Shown: positions 51,801-64,000 of the stretch, piece after piece
Position numbering within the stretch: position 1 is the stretch's first letter
Layout of the letters: each line of letters starts with the position of its first letter
From: Paramecium tetraurelia
Taxonomy: Eukaryota
Direction of reading: 5' to 3'
DNA: 64,000 nucleotides
Assembly: GCA_000165425.1 (NCBI GenBank)
Contig: CT868016.1
Coordinates: 186,001-250,000 of the forward strand
The notes under the pieces: generated by a model
Databases searched by the model: none
Told to the model about the DNA's origin: nothing
What the model saw: only the letters and a program-made list of their open reading frames with translations
Made by a program: the position numbers and the translations under genes

Positions 51801-52995
51801 AGCATTGAGAGCCATGGGTAAAAATAGAAGTGGTCCTTGAAGACTCTAAAATAAACTGATGATGGCAAATGTATTGGCTGGAGTAAGATTATTTCCAATG
51901 GCCACGTAGATTATAAAGGTGGCATTTAAAATTAACATAGGACTCAACCAAACTGATAAGATATTCAAACAAGATGCAAAGAATCTAGTTTTTAAAGTCT
52001 TAATTTCTTGATTTCTCAATTTAGTGAGTTTTGTTCTGAAATACTCTTCATAAGCATTGACCTTGATAAATTTGATCTATTAAAAGATTTCATTAGCACA
52101 ATTGGTTCTCTTGTCTTTGTCCTTCATCATCAAAATTTGATACTCGAACATCTTCTTGCCTACAAAAATATTAAAGAATGCAGTCAACAATATCACTCCC
52201 AATCCACCCAGGAATGCCACTCCTATAAATTTGAACATCATATAGATAGATATGGCGATTTGCAATGGCATCAACATAACTTATGACATATACCATCCAA
52301 ACCATTATAACTTCATCGCGTCCACTTACATGTAATTCAAGACCTATCCACTTGTGTGTTCTTTGTTGCTCTGATATGAAACGTTCATGCTCTTGCCCAA
52401 TAAGGCCATCGATAAAATACCCATCCAATCATACCCAACCACTCTCTAAAAATATATATTATGTATCATTACTATCTAATAAAACGAATGCTGCTGACAG
52501 ATCACTGATATTATTCTCACTCCTATAATGCTGAAAATCAGAATTATTCCTTCCTAAGTCTCTTTGTCTTCCTTCATCAAATACTATATAGTCCATTTTA
52601 TCAATAGTGGATTCAACAAAGAGGTCCCAACAGTAAACAACATCACTATGAAAACAAAGATGCATTATCCCATAGACACCCCAATCAATGACCAAATCAA
52701 ACCATTCTTCTCGTTTTTTCTCTTTTCAAAATGCTTCATGAATCTGTAATACAATTATTCGCTGGTATCCTCAAATCTAAGATCCTCGATCATATCATTT
52801 TCCAAAGTCACTTTCGATGCAATCTAATTTAGAATTCAATTATACTTCTATTGTACCATAGACCCAAGCGAAGAACAACTGCGATATTACTCCCGCCCTA
52901 TTTCGCCTTGATTTCTTGACCAATCTTGTAGCATCTACTTCCCCTTCATTCAATAAAGGAGCGTTCAAACTAACACTGGATGAGGCTTAATTCAT
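48846..52995 (-). CDS. ABC transporter, subfamily C (MRP-like)
   Basis: TMD-NBD-TMD-NBD. NBD1: [40 protein letters not shown]. Also [16 protein letters not shown]2: [50 protein letters not shown]. Confidence 0.97.
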
Positions 52996-53723
52996 ATTAG
53001 AGAATTTCTTATTTCTTTAAATATAATGTTTCTCAAATTAAAATTTTCTTTTATAATCCCATATTCTGACTATATCCAAAAATATTTCTCCTTAAATTTA
53101 TGGTCGGTCATTACATATTGTGTGAATCTCCAATTCTCAGCCATCCCCCTGATTCCAAGTTAGAAATCACTTCCTTGTACACATACACCATAATACATCA
53201 TTCACATCCAACATTTTTGATGATTAGATATGAATTACTATATTCAACTTTGTTCAATAATAAATTAAGATCAAACTCAGAAATTTATGAACAGATACAA
53301 CCATTTGCCACAACATAAAAATTTAAAAATATATATACATTCGCTTTTCTAATTTAATAACATAAATTATTTTAATTTTCCTCGTTATGTGACACTACTT
53401 CTAATACAACGCGATTAAGAACCTTGAAAGTAAAGGAGTGTAGAGAATTTCTAATTTAGAAAAAACAAAATCTTCAATATTTTCTTAATAATTTCAGATA
53501 GAAATGAATTTACAATTTAAAAACGTGATTACAAGTGGTGAATATTGCTGAGGACAATATGTCTGGCCTCCAGAATGGGATGAATTATAAAATATAAACT
53601 ATTAGAATTATGTATTAATATATATATCCATCTTATTAAAAAATAATAAAAATTGTGACCTACAATATAAACAAATTAAACTTTTGTTAAATTATCTGTA
53701 TTTTTATTAAGTAATTTAAAAAA

Positions 53724-55503
53724 ATGAAATAATAAACACTCTGTGCTACCAAATGTATTGGCCAATTAAAATTAAGAACACAACTTGTTATTATAGTTTC
53801 TATACAAGTGGTAATAATTGTGTCCTATGTTCTTGCGCTCAATTTGATTCACCATTCTCTCCTCCTTAATTACCTCTCGGAGGTGTCAGATTACCTATTC
53901 GAACAAAATTCAGATCATTTGCTATCCAACATGATGAGAGAGTACTACGAGCATTTTAATCAGGTCTTCAATTTAAGTAAACCCCTTGTTAATATTTTAG
54001 ATGGCAATGCTTTGGTTTCATTCCATAGATTGTATCATACATCCAAAAATCAAGTGCTACTCCATCCTCTAGAAATCAATCCCATCTATTAAATGAAATA
54101 CGGAGGTACAACCAAAATCCCAGACCCACTCAGAATCATCAAGGGATATGGCAACTATGATATTTCCTATTCTTTTATGTGTTATTCTAATCTTTCATCC
54201 TACAACCAGCCGAAAACAATAGAAGAAATAGTGGGAATCAAATTACAAGAACAGCTCCAGGCAGCCGCATAAATTTTTTATCAAGGAAATTTAATTAATT
54301 AGTCCTTCTTATACTCTTACATCATCAAAGAAAAGATCAACTCCATATACCCATGTCTAAACCGAGATAAAGCAATTTATCAATACGTGGCCGAAAATCG
54401 CGATTGGTACATCGAATTAAAAAGAAATTATTAAAGTAAATCAATTTATGATAAGTACAATTACACATTCACTCAACCATATTTATGTATCAATTTCCTC
54501 CTTAAATTTGCATAGTGTACACCGACAAAAAGATTGGACTTTCCATGACACTCCCAATTGTGGATCAAGAATTAAAGTTGATTGGCGGAGTAGTCTCCAA
54601 CTTTTTGGGCTCTTAAATAATAGAAATGCTCAAAGTGAACTCCTTTGGGTTTCAAATAATTTATCTTGTATCAGAAAAAGGCGTTATGATTATGCATCCT
54701 TACAAAGTGACTGTAGAATAACTGCCTCTTTACATATACAATGAAAGCATCACTGGATTCAATCAGACAGACTGGGAATATATCTAAAATTTAAATAATG
54801 AATCTACATGTCCTTAATTTGTTGAAATTTCATCGTTCCTTCGATGCAGATTCAACTCTTATTATAAACAAGAAATGATTATAGGCACAAGGGAGTTTCC
54901 GTAATTTAAGATGAAGCTCATTATGTAACCCTATTGAAATGAATATACTTTAGGTTGCTGAGTAGTTAAGAGTACTTGAAATTTTATGACGATTTCCGAT
55001 CAACTTTAGAGTAACAGTTGCATAAAACAACTACTAGTCATATAATTTGGCTATTTGCCTTATTTGTAGCTCTTTGCTTTATGATTGTTGTGGTTACATA
55101 AATATTGTTTAATCCAATTGATATAATAAAATAATAAGCCATACATTTAATCATTTAGCAAAGAAAAAGGAGATAGTAAATCTCATAATTAGCAGAGGTT
55201 CTAATGAGTGATGAAATATCATCCTTGGTTCAGGCCTATCAGATTGTGATAAATAAGTTGGAGTCATTGTCATTAACAAAAACTAGTCTCTGCAAATAGA
55301 TTGAAGACATCTAATACCCGACGAAGCAGCCCTCCGCCACTCAATCGGAAAATAGGCAAAGCATTTAAGAAACCAAAAAGTTTCAAGCCTTAAAATTTCA
55401 ATATTTAAAAGATCTTGGTACCAATTAGTAATTTGAACGTGCTGCAATTTCAATTATTAGAACTGTGCTTAATCAAAAAAATACTAATTTCCTCTTATAT
55501 TGA
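53724..55503 (+). CDS. TM-Cache-TM-HAMP-like membrane receptor (paralog 1)
   Basis: N-terminal TM; Cache-like NRDWYIEL...FTQPYL...IGLSMTLPIVD...IGGVVSNF...YLVSEKGVMIMHP; second TM; HAMP-like NPIDIIKQQA...DEISSLVQAYQIVINKL. Three introns. Confidence 0.75.
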
Positions 55504-55724
55504 ATCTTAAGTATTATTTTTAATTAATCTTAAATTGCAAAAGATTTCTTTTGAATAACCCTAAATTTCTGTGGCTAGATTAATTAATTTAAAATTTCCT
55601 AATATTAATCATTAGTATCATGCCTAATAAATCTTTTGAGAGAAACATATTCTGTATTCAATTAAAAGTAATCTAGTTTTATAATATCTGTAATAAACAT
55701 AAATAATTTTGTTTAATTAGAGAA

Positions 55725-57460
55725 ATGATAAAGCACAGAGGATTGTTTACTTCCTGCATGAATAATTTGAAATTGAGAACGTAATTGATAATATTGGTTT
55801 CGTTAATTATCATTGTGATTGTCTCATATGTTCTTTCAGTAAATCTAATCCATTACTCTTTGTTAAAAAAGTATTTTTCCTCGATTTCAAATAAAATATT
55901 TGAAGATAACTCGTCCAAAATATCAGAAAAAACTATTAGATCATACGAAGGTTATTTTGATAGAGTCTTTTACTTAAGTAAATGCAAAATTCATATTGTT
56001 AGACGGGAACGGCCTCGTTTCCTTTCATCGATTATATCACATGACTAAAAATCAAGTAAAGCAACACCCTTTACACTTAAATCCTGAGTTTCAAATGCTC
56101 TATGGTGGAGTGAACTAAATCCCAGATCCAATAAGGATTATCAAAGGATATGGCAACTCTGACATCTCCTATTCTTGCATGTGCTACTCCAACATTACAG
56201 CATTTCAAAATCCGTTGAGTCCGGATGAGCTAATAGGCATGAAGGTATAGGAGTAAACTTAAGCATATGCCTCAATCCTCTATCAGGGGAATATCTTAAG
56301 CCAGTCATTTTTATACTCATACATAATTAAGGAAAAAACAAATGCAGTCTATCCATGTTTGAATAGAGGATAGGGAATCTATAATTATGACCCTGAGAAG
56401 AGAGAATGGTTCGTTGAAGTTAGACATAACTTTAATAAAAAGTAACCATACAGAGAATATTCACAGTCATTCACTTAACCTTATTTGCGTAAAATCGAAA
56501 TATATTTAATTTAGTATTTACAGACAAAAAAATTGGATTATCTTTGGTACTTCCAATTGTGGATGAAAATCTAGAATTGATAGGTGGAGTAGGAACAAAT
56601 TTCTTGGGAGCAGAAATAGTGTAAACTATGAAGTCCTAAGAATTTGGGTTTCAAATTATTTATCTAGTATCTGCTTCAGGAATTATGATCATGCATCCCT
56701 ATTAAGTTAGTGTTGAATAACTCCCTTTATACATTTATAATTAATCAATCACAGGATTTAATATAAGTGATTGGGAAAAAATGAATACATAATAGTAAAA
56801 TAATTCATCCACTTGCCCATATCTAAACAAACATTCATTATCTTTGAATTGTCTCTATAATACTCTGTATTAATAAGAAATGATAATAGCAATATAGGAC
56901 ATTCCTGAATATTCAATGAAGTTAATCATGTAATATATTGTGCTATCTCTAGGTTATTGAGTAGTTAGGAGTACTTTTAGTTTTATCAGCATTTCCAAGA
57001 AGATCTGGAAACCAATTTGGTAAATCAACTTTGGCTTCAGATTTCCATATTACTAGGCTTTTTTTTATTTATTTGCAGTCTCTTATACATATTCACTTAT
57101 ACTTTATTTTATCCAATTCAGCAAATCTAAGCCTTAACGATAAATAGGATATTTTCTAAAAATAAAAAGAAATTGTAGATGCCGTTATATGCCAATAAAT
57201 TTATGAGCAAACAAATTGCCTTATTGTGTAAGTCATTCTAGTTTGTGTAAGACCAATTAGAACAGTTATCATTTAATAAAACCAAATCATGCAGAGATCT
57301 TGAGCACTATCAATATCCTCAAAAAAAGTTTTCTTTAAAAAAATACATCAAAAAAGAATATGGAGACTTAAATAAAGAATAAAAACATGATACTGTTGAA
57401 CCATTAACTTAAGAAAAAATCATTATGTATCTCAAAATCTCCTCAAAGTATTCTGGGTGA
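55725..57460 (+). CDS. TM-Cache-TM-HAMP-like membrane receptor (paralog 2, tandem duplicate)
   Basis: Colinear with paralog 1 (LKLRTQL, IPDP.RIIKGYGN.DISYS, YDPEKREWF, FTQPYL, IMIMHPY, YPIQQIQAL...KQIALLCKSF) and shares its intron positions. Confidence 0.75.
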
Positions 57461-57704
57461 GCATTTCCTTAATACTTAATAATGATATTGAAATTTATTA
57501 TAGATATATGTTTTCTTTCCTACATAAAATTATCTGAAAAGTATAAAAAAATTACAAATCTTTTTTGTCTTCAACATATATTCTTCAATTTTAAAACTAG
57601 ACATTTCTGCATCTCAAACTATTTTAAATGGGAGTAGGGAAACATAAATTCAAATAAGCTTGTAGAATAAATTTATAAAATATTGCAATTTTATGTTTTA
57701 AAAC

Positions 57705-59621
57705 TCAATTATATTAGTTTTGGTTGAATTGTTATTATTATTATTCGTTTCTCTTGCCTTCTAAGTATTTGATTGCCTCATCACGAGTATATGATTGCTT
57801 AGGTATAATCATAATCTTATTCTCCTTAAAAAATTCTAATTACTTGTATTTCTCTTCCATATTGTATATTTCTTACATATATACCATAAAACTATTATAA
57901 ATAAATGATATTACAATAAAAGGTTATCTCCAAATCGTGATAGATCAAAGAGTATTAATTCTTAAATTTTCCTTGATAAGTATGAGTTATAGAATTTACG
58001 GAAGAAGTCCCAATACTTATAATAATTTACGTAATCCTAAAATTTGAAAAGGACATCTCTCAAATCACATAGGGTTTGAAATCTAATTTTTTATTCATTA
58101 ATTTTTGAGATTGTTTATTATGCAACCTAGAATTAATAATATGCATTTACTTTCGTCCATGCATCCGTCATTTGTGCATGCATTTATTAACAATATTCAG
58201 CAATTCTGACATCATCCTCTGTTTGAAATTATTAAAACTCTCTTATTGCCTGAAGATTCTGATTTTCAATTTCTTTTTATTCCCTAATATGTTCACTTAT
58301 TTTATTATAATCTCCTTTATGAATTGCATCAATATTTTTTAACAGATTGCAAAAGTAACCTTGAATAGAACTTAAGAGTAGATAATATTCAATTAGAGCA
58401 ATGGGAAATTAATTTGAACTATTATAAATTATTATAATACTAGAAAACTTCTTGAAAAGTACCCAAAGTCAGATGTATGATACTTACTTTGCAATACTAT
58501 AATCTCAGAAACTAACTTAATGGACTTCGTTTTCTTTCCTAGTTTGATTAGGGAATTAGGGAATTTAATTTAATGCTACTATTCGCTTAATGCTAGTATA
58601 TTTTTGTTGCTTCTAATCTTTATTTCGCTTCTTTTTCTAATTTTTTTTAATTTTTCTTCTCCAAATCAATTATTGTATTAGTCATTTATTCATCAAAATA
58701 TTTTGATCTAAACTATTCGTAAACCACTTCTTTTCGAATTCTTTCGAATAGTTATTCCCATGTAATTCTTTGATTTTCATCATGAACTAACATGCTTTCT
58801 ATTAATAATTAAATTTCATCCTTTTCCCTCTCCGTTCCTTCACATGGAATTGGTAAAGGAGACAAGGTGTATCTCTATTTTTAGAGACCTATTATAAATT
58901 TTTATAATTCTGGCATGACAGGTCTAAAAGGAAATTCCAAGTAAGTTAAATGATAGATAACCATACCAAATGAATAAATATCTGTTTAAGATGAAAATGG
59001 TTGTAATGATAATATCTAAGGTGAACTATAAATAGGAGATCCAATTTTTGTATAATCACCTTTAATCTTGACATCCTCTAATATTCTACCAGCCCCTAAA
59101 TCTCCAATCTAATTTCTATTATAAATTCTTTACTTTATATTAAAAGTTTTAATCTACAAAAATATTTTGGGGTTTGATATCTCTGTGCATGATTTTGTTA
59201 TCATACAATATTTAATATCCATCAATAAATTGATAAACGAAGTCAAGAATCTGAGTAGCTTTTAATTTTTGATTCATTTTCTTTTTTTCTTCTATTATAT
59301 TCTTGAGTTCACCTCCTTAGCATCGCTCCATAATGATAAAAAACTTATTTTCAGCCTCAAAAATATCATAGACAATAATCAAATGAGAATTCTTAATTTA
59401 TTTAATCTTTTTTAAAATCTATATTTCTTTCATCATTGACTCGTCTATGTTGGTAGTATTTTGCACAATCTAACATAATTTAATTTAAACCCTACTTTTG
59501 CACAAAGTTAGATATCTTTGTATTTAAACTTGTGGTAACACTCAACTACTATGCCAAATTAACCCTTTCCAATCATTTTCTCGGGCATGATAACATAATC
59601 GTAGAAGCAATACTAATTCAT
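57705..59621 (-). CDS. Ser/Thr protein kinase with helical C-terminal extension
   Basis: IGKGQFG, LCAK, IIMERCQGGEL, MHRDIKPQNIF, IGDLGAGR, GSPIYSSPQ, DIYSFG and MLVHDENQRITW. Confidence 0.9.
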
Positions 59622-59733
59622 TTTTCTATTACTTTAATTAATATTATGATAAGAGTATTAAATCTGATTAACAATATATTATTGGATGATAATATAATCA
59701 ATATAAAATTCTTAGTTTCGTTTAAATTATATA

Positions 59734-60534
59734 TCATCTACAACACCCACATATGTACTCTTTTTAATCGTAATCTGATTTAGTAACTCCAACGCAGTTC
59801 ATATGGTACCATTTCTGGCATTTATCGCACTATATAGTTATGAGATAATACTTGTATAGAAGGCAAATCTGGATTCAATGGCTATTTGCATGTGCAATGG
59901 TTTGTCAATTTTGAATAACCTTCGAATCTATTTTTGCTTGGTATCCAGCCTAATCTTGTGAAGAATGTGCACTTATCCAAAGTCTAAGCACTTTCATATT
60001 CTTCTAAAGAGTAAATAATGCAAGGAGATTGAATCGCTGAGGCCAAAATATAGTCTGTACATGAAGTACTAAAGACCTCACTGTTGGAAATCCAAACCTT
60101 AGCTGAAGATCGAAATTTAATCACTTCACTTTTTCGATAAAACCTATTATTCACTATCTTGGTTACCATCTGACTTCACATAGACAAATGAATTTTGACG
60201 AGTTATTTTCATTTATTGTTATTATTTTCTATATTTTTCCAACATAATCCTCAGACGGATTATTGGCATTTTTAATTAATGCATTTTGTCCTACTTTCAA
60301 AGTTTGCGAATTCACCTTAATCTCATCATATTCATGAATGATTGTATTTGAAGAATCTTTCTCAGCCCAATTTACAATCTCCTTGAACTGTTACTTTTTA
60401 AACATCTCTCTTATTTTAGATGACGTTGTAATCCCACCCTGATGCTTAGATTTCTAGATTTTCTTCCTGAGTTTGTCAGCTGAATCTTCAGAGTCTCCTG
60501 ATTTATTACAGTATTTATCTTTAGACTCAGTCAT
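59734..60534 (-). CDS. BAH-PHD chromatin reader (EBS/SHL-like architecture)
   Basis: BAH: LKVGQNALIK...EDYVGKI...EVRW|FYRKSE...EVFSTSCTD...IQSPCIIYSLEEY...FFTR. PHD: HCTCKQPLNPDLPSIQCDKCQKWYHMNCVG...YICGCC. Two introns. Confidence 0.88.
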
Positions 60535-61509
60535 TTTATAATAAAATATTTATAATATTTCAATAGCCTTTTGTAATAATAATAAACTCCTTAATCTCTA
60601 CATAAATAAATTATCTCTACTTCATCTACAACTAGAACACCTTACTCCCCTCATTTTCAAATTCAAGCCATCTTCCTAACCCATAATCAATGTTGCTGGT
60701 AAGTAGATCTTACAATGCTCTTTTTCAATAATTACTGTCTAATTAATAACTTATTATCTTTTATCCATTTAGCACTATCATTCAATCCTCCAATAAAATA
60801 TCTATATAATTTCATTTAACTGAAAGTAGTAACTTAACTATTCTTTTGATTAATCCTTTTAAAATCTTAGTCCAAATTCATATTGTCTATATTATATTTT
60901 CAAGTATTTTGTTTTGATTTGATTTTAATCTGAAATCCATCTCATAAATATTGATTTGAAGGCTTTAAAAATAACACTCATATTTTTATTTTCATAAATT
61001 GAGAGTAATTGTAAAAATATATGATTTCTTCATCTATTTATCTAAAAGGAAGCACATTAGATTTTATCTAAATTATTGGGAACAAGAACATGAACATCTT
61101 TATTAAAATGTCTTTCGCCTATATAAAACTATGGTTTTAGATATTATCTTTACAAATTATAATATATATATAACTATCATTTCTTATGAATCAAAGTCTT
61201 TTAGTGAGTGCTGATGATAAACTAGTTCTTCATATCGCATGATAATCATAATTTATACAACCATTTTCACCAAGATTATTCAAATTTTATAGAGAATACT
61301 ATTTATTTATTATTAAATGATCTTCTGCACCAGAAAGCTGAGATATACGTGATTTGACTTTCCCTAATTAAACCTTCTGCCTATTATATATTATTTAAAG
61401 AATAATATAATTTTTAATGAATAACTTGATATTTATTTATTTATCCCTTATTATTTAAACATTCTTTGAAACCTAATTATTTATTATTTTTAGTATATTA
61501 ATAATAATA

Positions 61510-62827
61510 ATGGATCCTATAAAATTCTAGAATTTTAGACAACAATTACCAATTCTTCTTTAATCATGTTAGGAAATTAGTGAAATATTTGGGTTTACTC
61601 TAAGTGAAGCACTAATACTATTACATTATTATAAATGGAATGATTATGCATTAAATGAAGTCTTAGCTAGTCAAGAAGATTATGATCAGATATTAATAAA
61701 AAGTGGAGCTAAGTCAGCTATTCAATATATTTCAGAGAAGATCTGCCCTATATGTTACTCTAATGATTCAGAAATCAATTTAAGTTGTGGACATTCCGCT
61801 TGCAAATCCTGTTTTGAATTATACTTAAAAGAAAAGCTAAAGCTATGTTCGTTTATCAATTGCTTCTTTTTAGGTTGCACCTTAAAAATACCGTATTCTT
61901 TTTTTGAAGAACATAAGGTCTATTAATAAAGCTATTTATTGAGGCTGAGCAAAGATTATCGAATCACTGTTAAATGCTGTAATAATTAAGATTGTGAATA
62001 CTACATTCAAAATAAACCCTTAGAAAATATTGTAGAATGTTTGTGTGGGACTATATTTTGCGTGAAATGTGAGCAAGGAGATCACCGACTTTTGAAATGT
62101 TAGCAATGTGTTGAATGGGTTAAACTATATGAGGGGTCTGTCAACATTCTAAATTTCATTAATCAAGGCAAATTCTGTCCGAAGTGTAATTAGTTCATCG
62201 AAAAGAATCTAGGATGTAATCATATGACTTGCAAAAAACCCTTAGGATGCGGATATGAATTTTGCTGGATATGCATGGATGCTTGGTCCTGTCATTCCAA
62301 AGAAACTGGAGGCTATTACAAATGCAATAAATATAATGATGAATAGATTGAAGAGAAGAATAAGTTAAAAGTAGATAAATCGGATGAAAAACGATTAATA
62401 TTTTATGCTATAAGATATGCTGGACATGAGAAGGGATAATAAATTGCACTCAAAAAGAAAAGAAAATTTTTAGACTTGGTTCAAAAGTAGTAAGTGATCG
62501 ATTCTTTTAAGGTGCTGTTAAGGGATAGCTATAATTATATTATATAGGCAAGAATATCTTTAAAATGGACCTATGCCTATGCATATTTCTAAAAGAAGTA
62601 GACACCTATGTTCGAATTTGGACAAGCGGATTTTGAGAGATACTGTGAAATATTGCATGACTTGCTTGAAAACGAGATTTACATAAAATTGAAATAAAAA
62701 TAATCAATAGAATAATATCACTAAAAATTACTAAACAATTTCAATTTAACAAAACAAGTATAAATATATATATAATAATACTTAGTTTTAAACTCGATTT
62801 CTGTCTGAATTTTCACAGCCAAAATGA
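61510..62827 (+). CDS. RBR E3 ubiquitin ligase, Ariadne-like
   Basis: UBA-like [12 protein letters not shown]1 [20 protein letters not shown]2 [25 protein letters not shown]; Ariadne domain [18 protein letters not shown]. The 3' end assumes a final 28-nt intron. Confidence 0.92.
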
Positions 62828-63547
62828 AATAATCAATTTAAATCTTTAAAATATCATTACCCATCTCATTTATTTCTTTATTCTATATGCCTAATTAATA
62901 TTTCAAATATTTTTATTTTAATTCTACAATCTAAATACAGGATATCGATTCTAATATAAATTATAATAAGGCTCTACATATGTATTAGATAGTATTTTAT
63001 CGCAAATTGATTACAAAACATTTTTTTTAGAAGAGATTAATATAGAACAATAATCTGGAATAAATAAAAGATCTTTAAAATCTTGAGAATGTTATTTATA
63101 TTATTTCTTCCCTCTATATCTCTTCTAAACTTTGAAAATGAATGAATTATTAATCAAACGATGATACTTAATATTTGCCACAATCACACAAATGAAAATA
63201 ATAATTTTATAATTGAATTCTCTAATTTTATATCTTCTACATTTAGACAGAAAGCTTAAATCTTTGATTTTTAATATATTTAATATTTGGTAGACAGGAT
63301 ATAAGAATTATATAATTTCTAATTATTCAAAGATTAAACTAAGATTGATAAATAGAAAATGATTTCTATGGAAGCCTTAAATGAAAAGTATTGAGCATCA
63401 TTAACACTAAATATTTTGATTACATATTTATATGCGTAATTGAATTTTTAGTACTTATTAACTATTATTGGATTAAAATCAAATTCTGATCTGAAGTTGT
63501 AAGTTCAAAGATAATTAGTTATTTAAGAAAAATTATTTATTTTTATA

Positions 63548-64000
63548 ATGAGGCTACAGAGAAATCACTAAGGAGCTATAAACATGTTAAAAACAAAAAT
63601 AGAATCTTATGAGCACCGCCACAAATAACACATACTTTGCTAATTATTCCCAGACACTCCAATGTGATTAATTTTGACTAATTTAATAGAAAATGGATAA
63701 AACCCCACTTAGATAAAGTAATTTTCACATCTTATCATTTGAATTAAACTCTATTTTGTAAGAATCAAAAACCCACTCATGTTTATTTTATTATAGAAGG
63801 TGAAGTAAGATTGGAAGAAACATAAATCGAAAGGAGAAAACCTTAAAATGCCATGTTTGCTTCTACTTGCATGGCAAAGAGTAGAACTTTGCTTATCATA
63901 TCAGCCGGCTCTTTAGTAGGGGTATGATTATCATCTAATTTTAGGAAATTGAAGCATTGCACGAAAAACCTTATTAAACAACAGCTAAAAGCAATGTTCA
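63548..64000 (+). CDS. Cyclic-nucleotide-binding domain protein (3'-truncated by window)
   Basis: After two tiny introns: TLFCKNQKPTHVYFIIEGEVRL...ISAGSLVGEIEALHEKPYQTTAKS, the cNMP beta-roll and phosphate-binding-cassette pattern. Confidence 0.7.

Noticed and set aside
53100..53318. 72-aa ORF in the spacer next to the ABCC start
   Set aside because: No motif or intron evidence, and it does not end at a TGA there under code 6.
60560..61300. Possible minus-strand gene between BAH-PHD and Ariadne
   Set aside because: The frames are repeatedly interrupted and very AT-rich; no model could be built.
1..64000. tRNA/rRNA genes, telomeric repeats, CRISPR arrays, transposons, retained IESs, selenoprotein TGA/SECIS
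   Set aside because: None were seen. Gene interruptions are explained by GT..AG introns or pseudogene decay, and short TA-bounded IESs in spacers cannot be identified without germline/somatic comparison.

Overview
AT-rich, gene-dense eukaryotic DNA from a ciliate, most likely the macronuclear genome of a Paramecium species. TAA and TAG encode Gln, TGA is the only stop, introns are 22-31 nt GT..AG, and intergenic spacers are short. The supplied standard-code ORF track is therefore fragmented, so I retranslated genes by hand with code 6. About 35 genes are supported. Kinases: DYRK/YAK-like, CK1, a Ser/Thr kinase, an acylated pseudokinase and a decayed PRP4-kinase pseudogene. Transcription and chromatin: three HSF-type factors, a bZIP-like factor and an EBS/SHL-like BAH-PHD reader. 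Transporters: chromate (CHR), P4-ATPase flippase and ABCC. Others: UBA-PTH2, a kelch protein, a PX-PH-C2-MCTP-like membrane protein, a CFAP97-like protein, RING and RBR (Ariadne) ligases, a VAP-like protein, glutaminyl-tRNA synthetase, a tandem pair of TM-Cache-TM-HAMP-like receptors with no output domain, and a cNMP-binding protein. I saw no rRNA, tRNA, CRISPR, telomere or transposon. The most intriguing items are the bacterial-chemoreceptor-like Cache/HAMP pair, the BAH-PHD reader with an altered PHD cage, and the PX-PH-C2-MCTP architecture. All domain calls come from motif recognition by eye, not database searches. Coordinates include introns.
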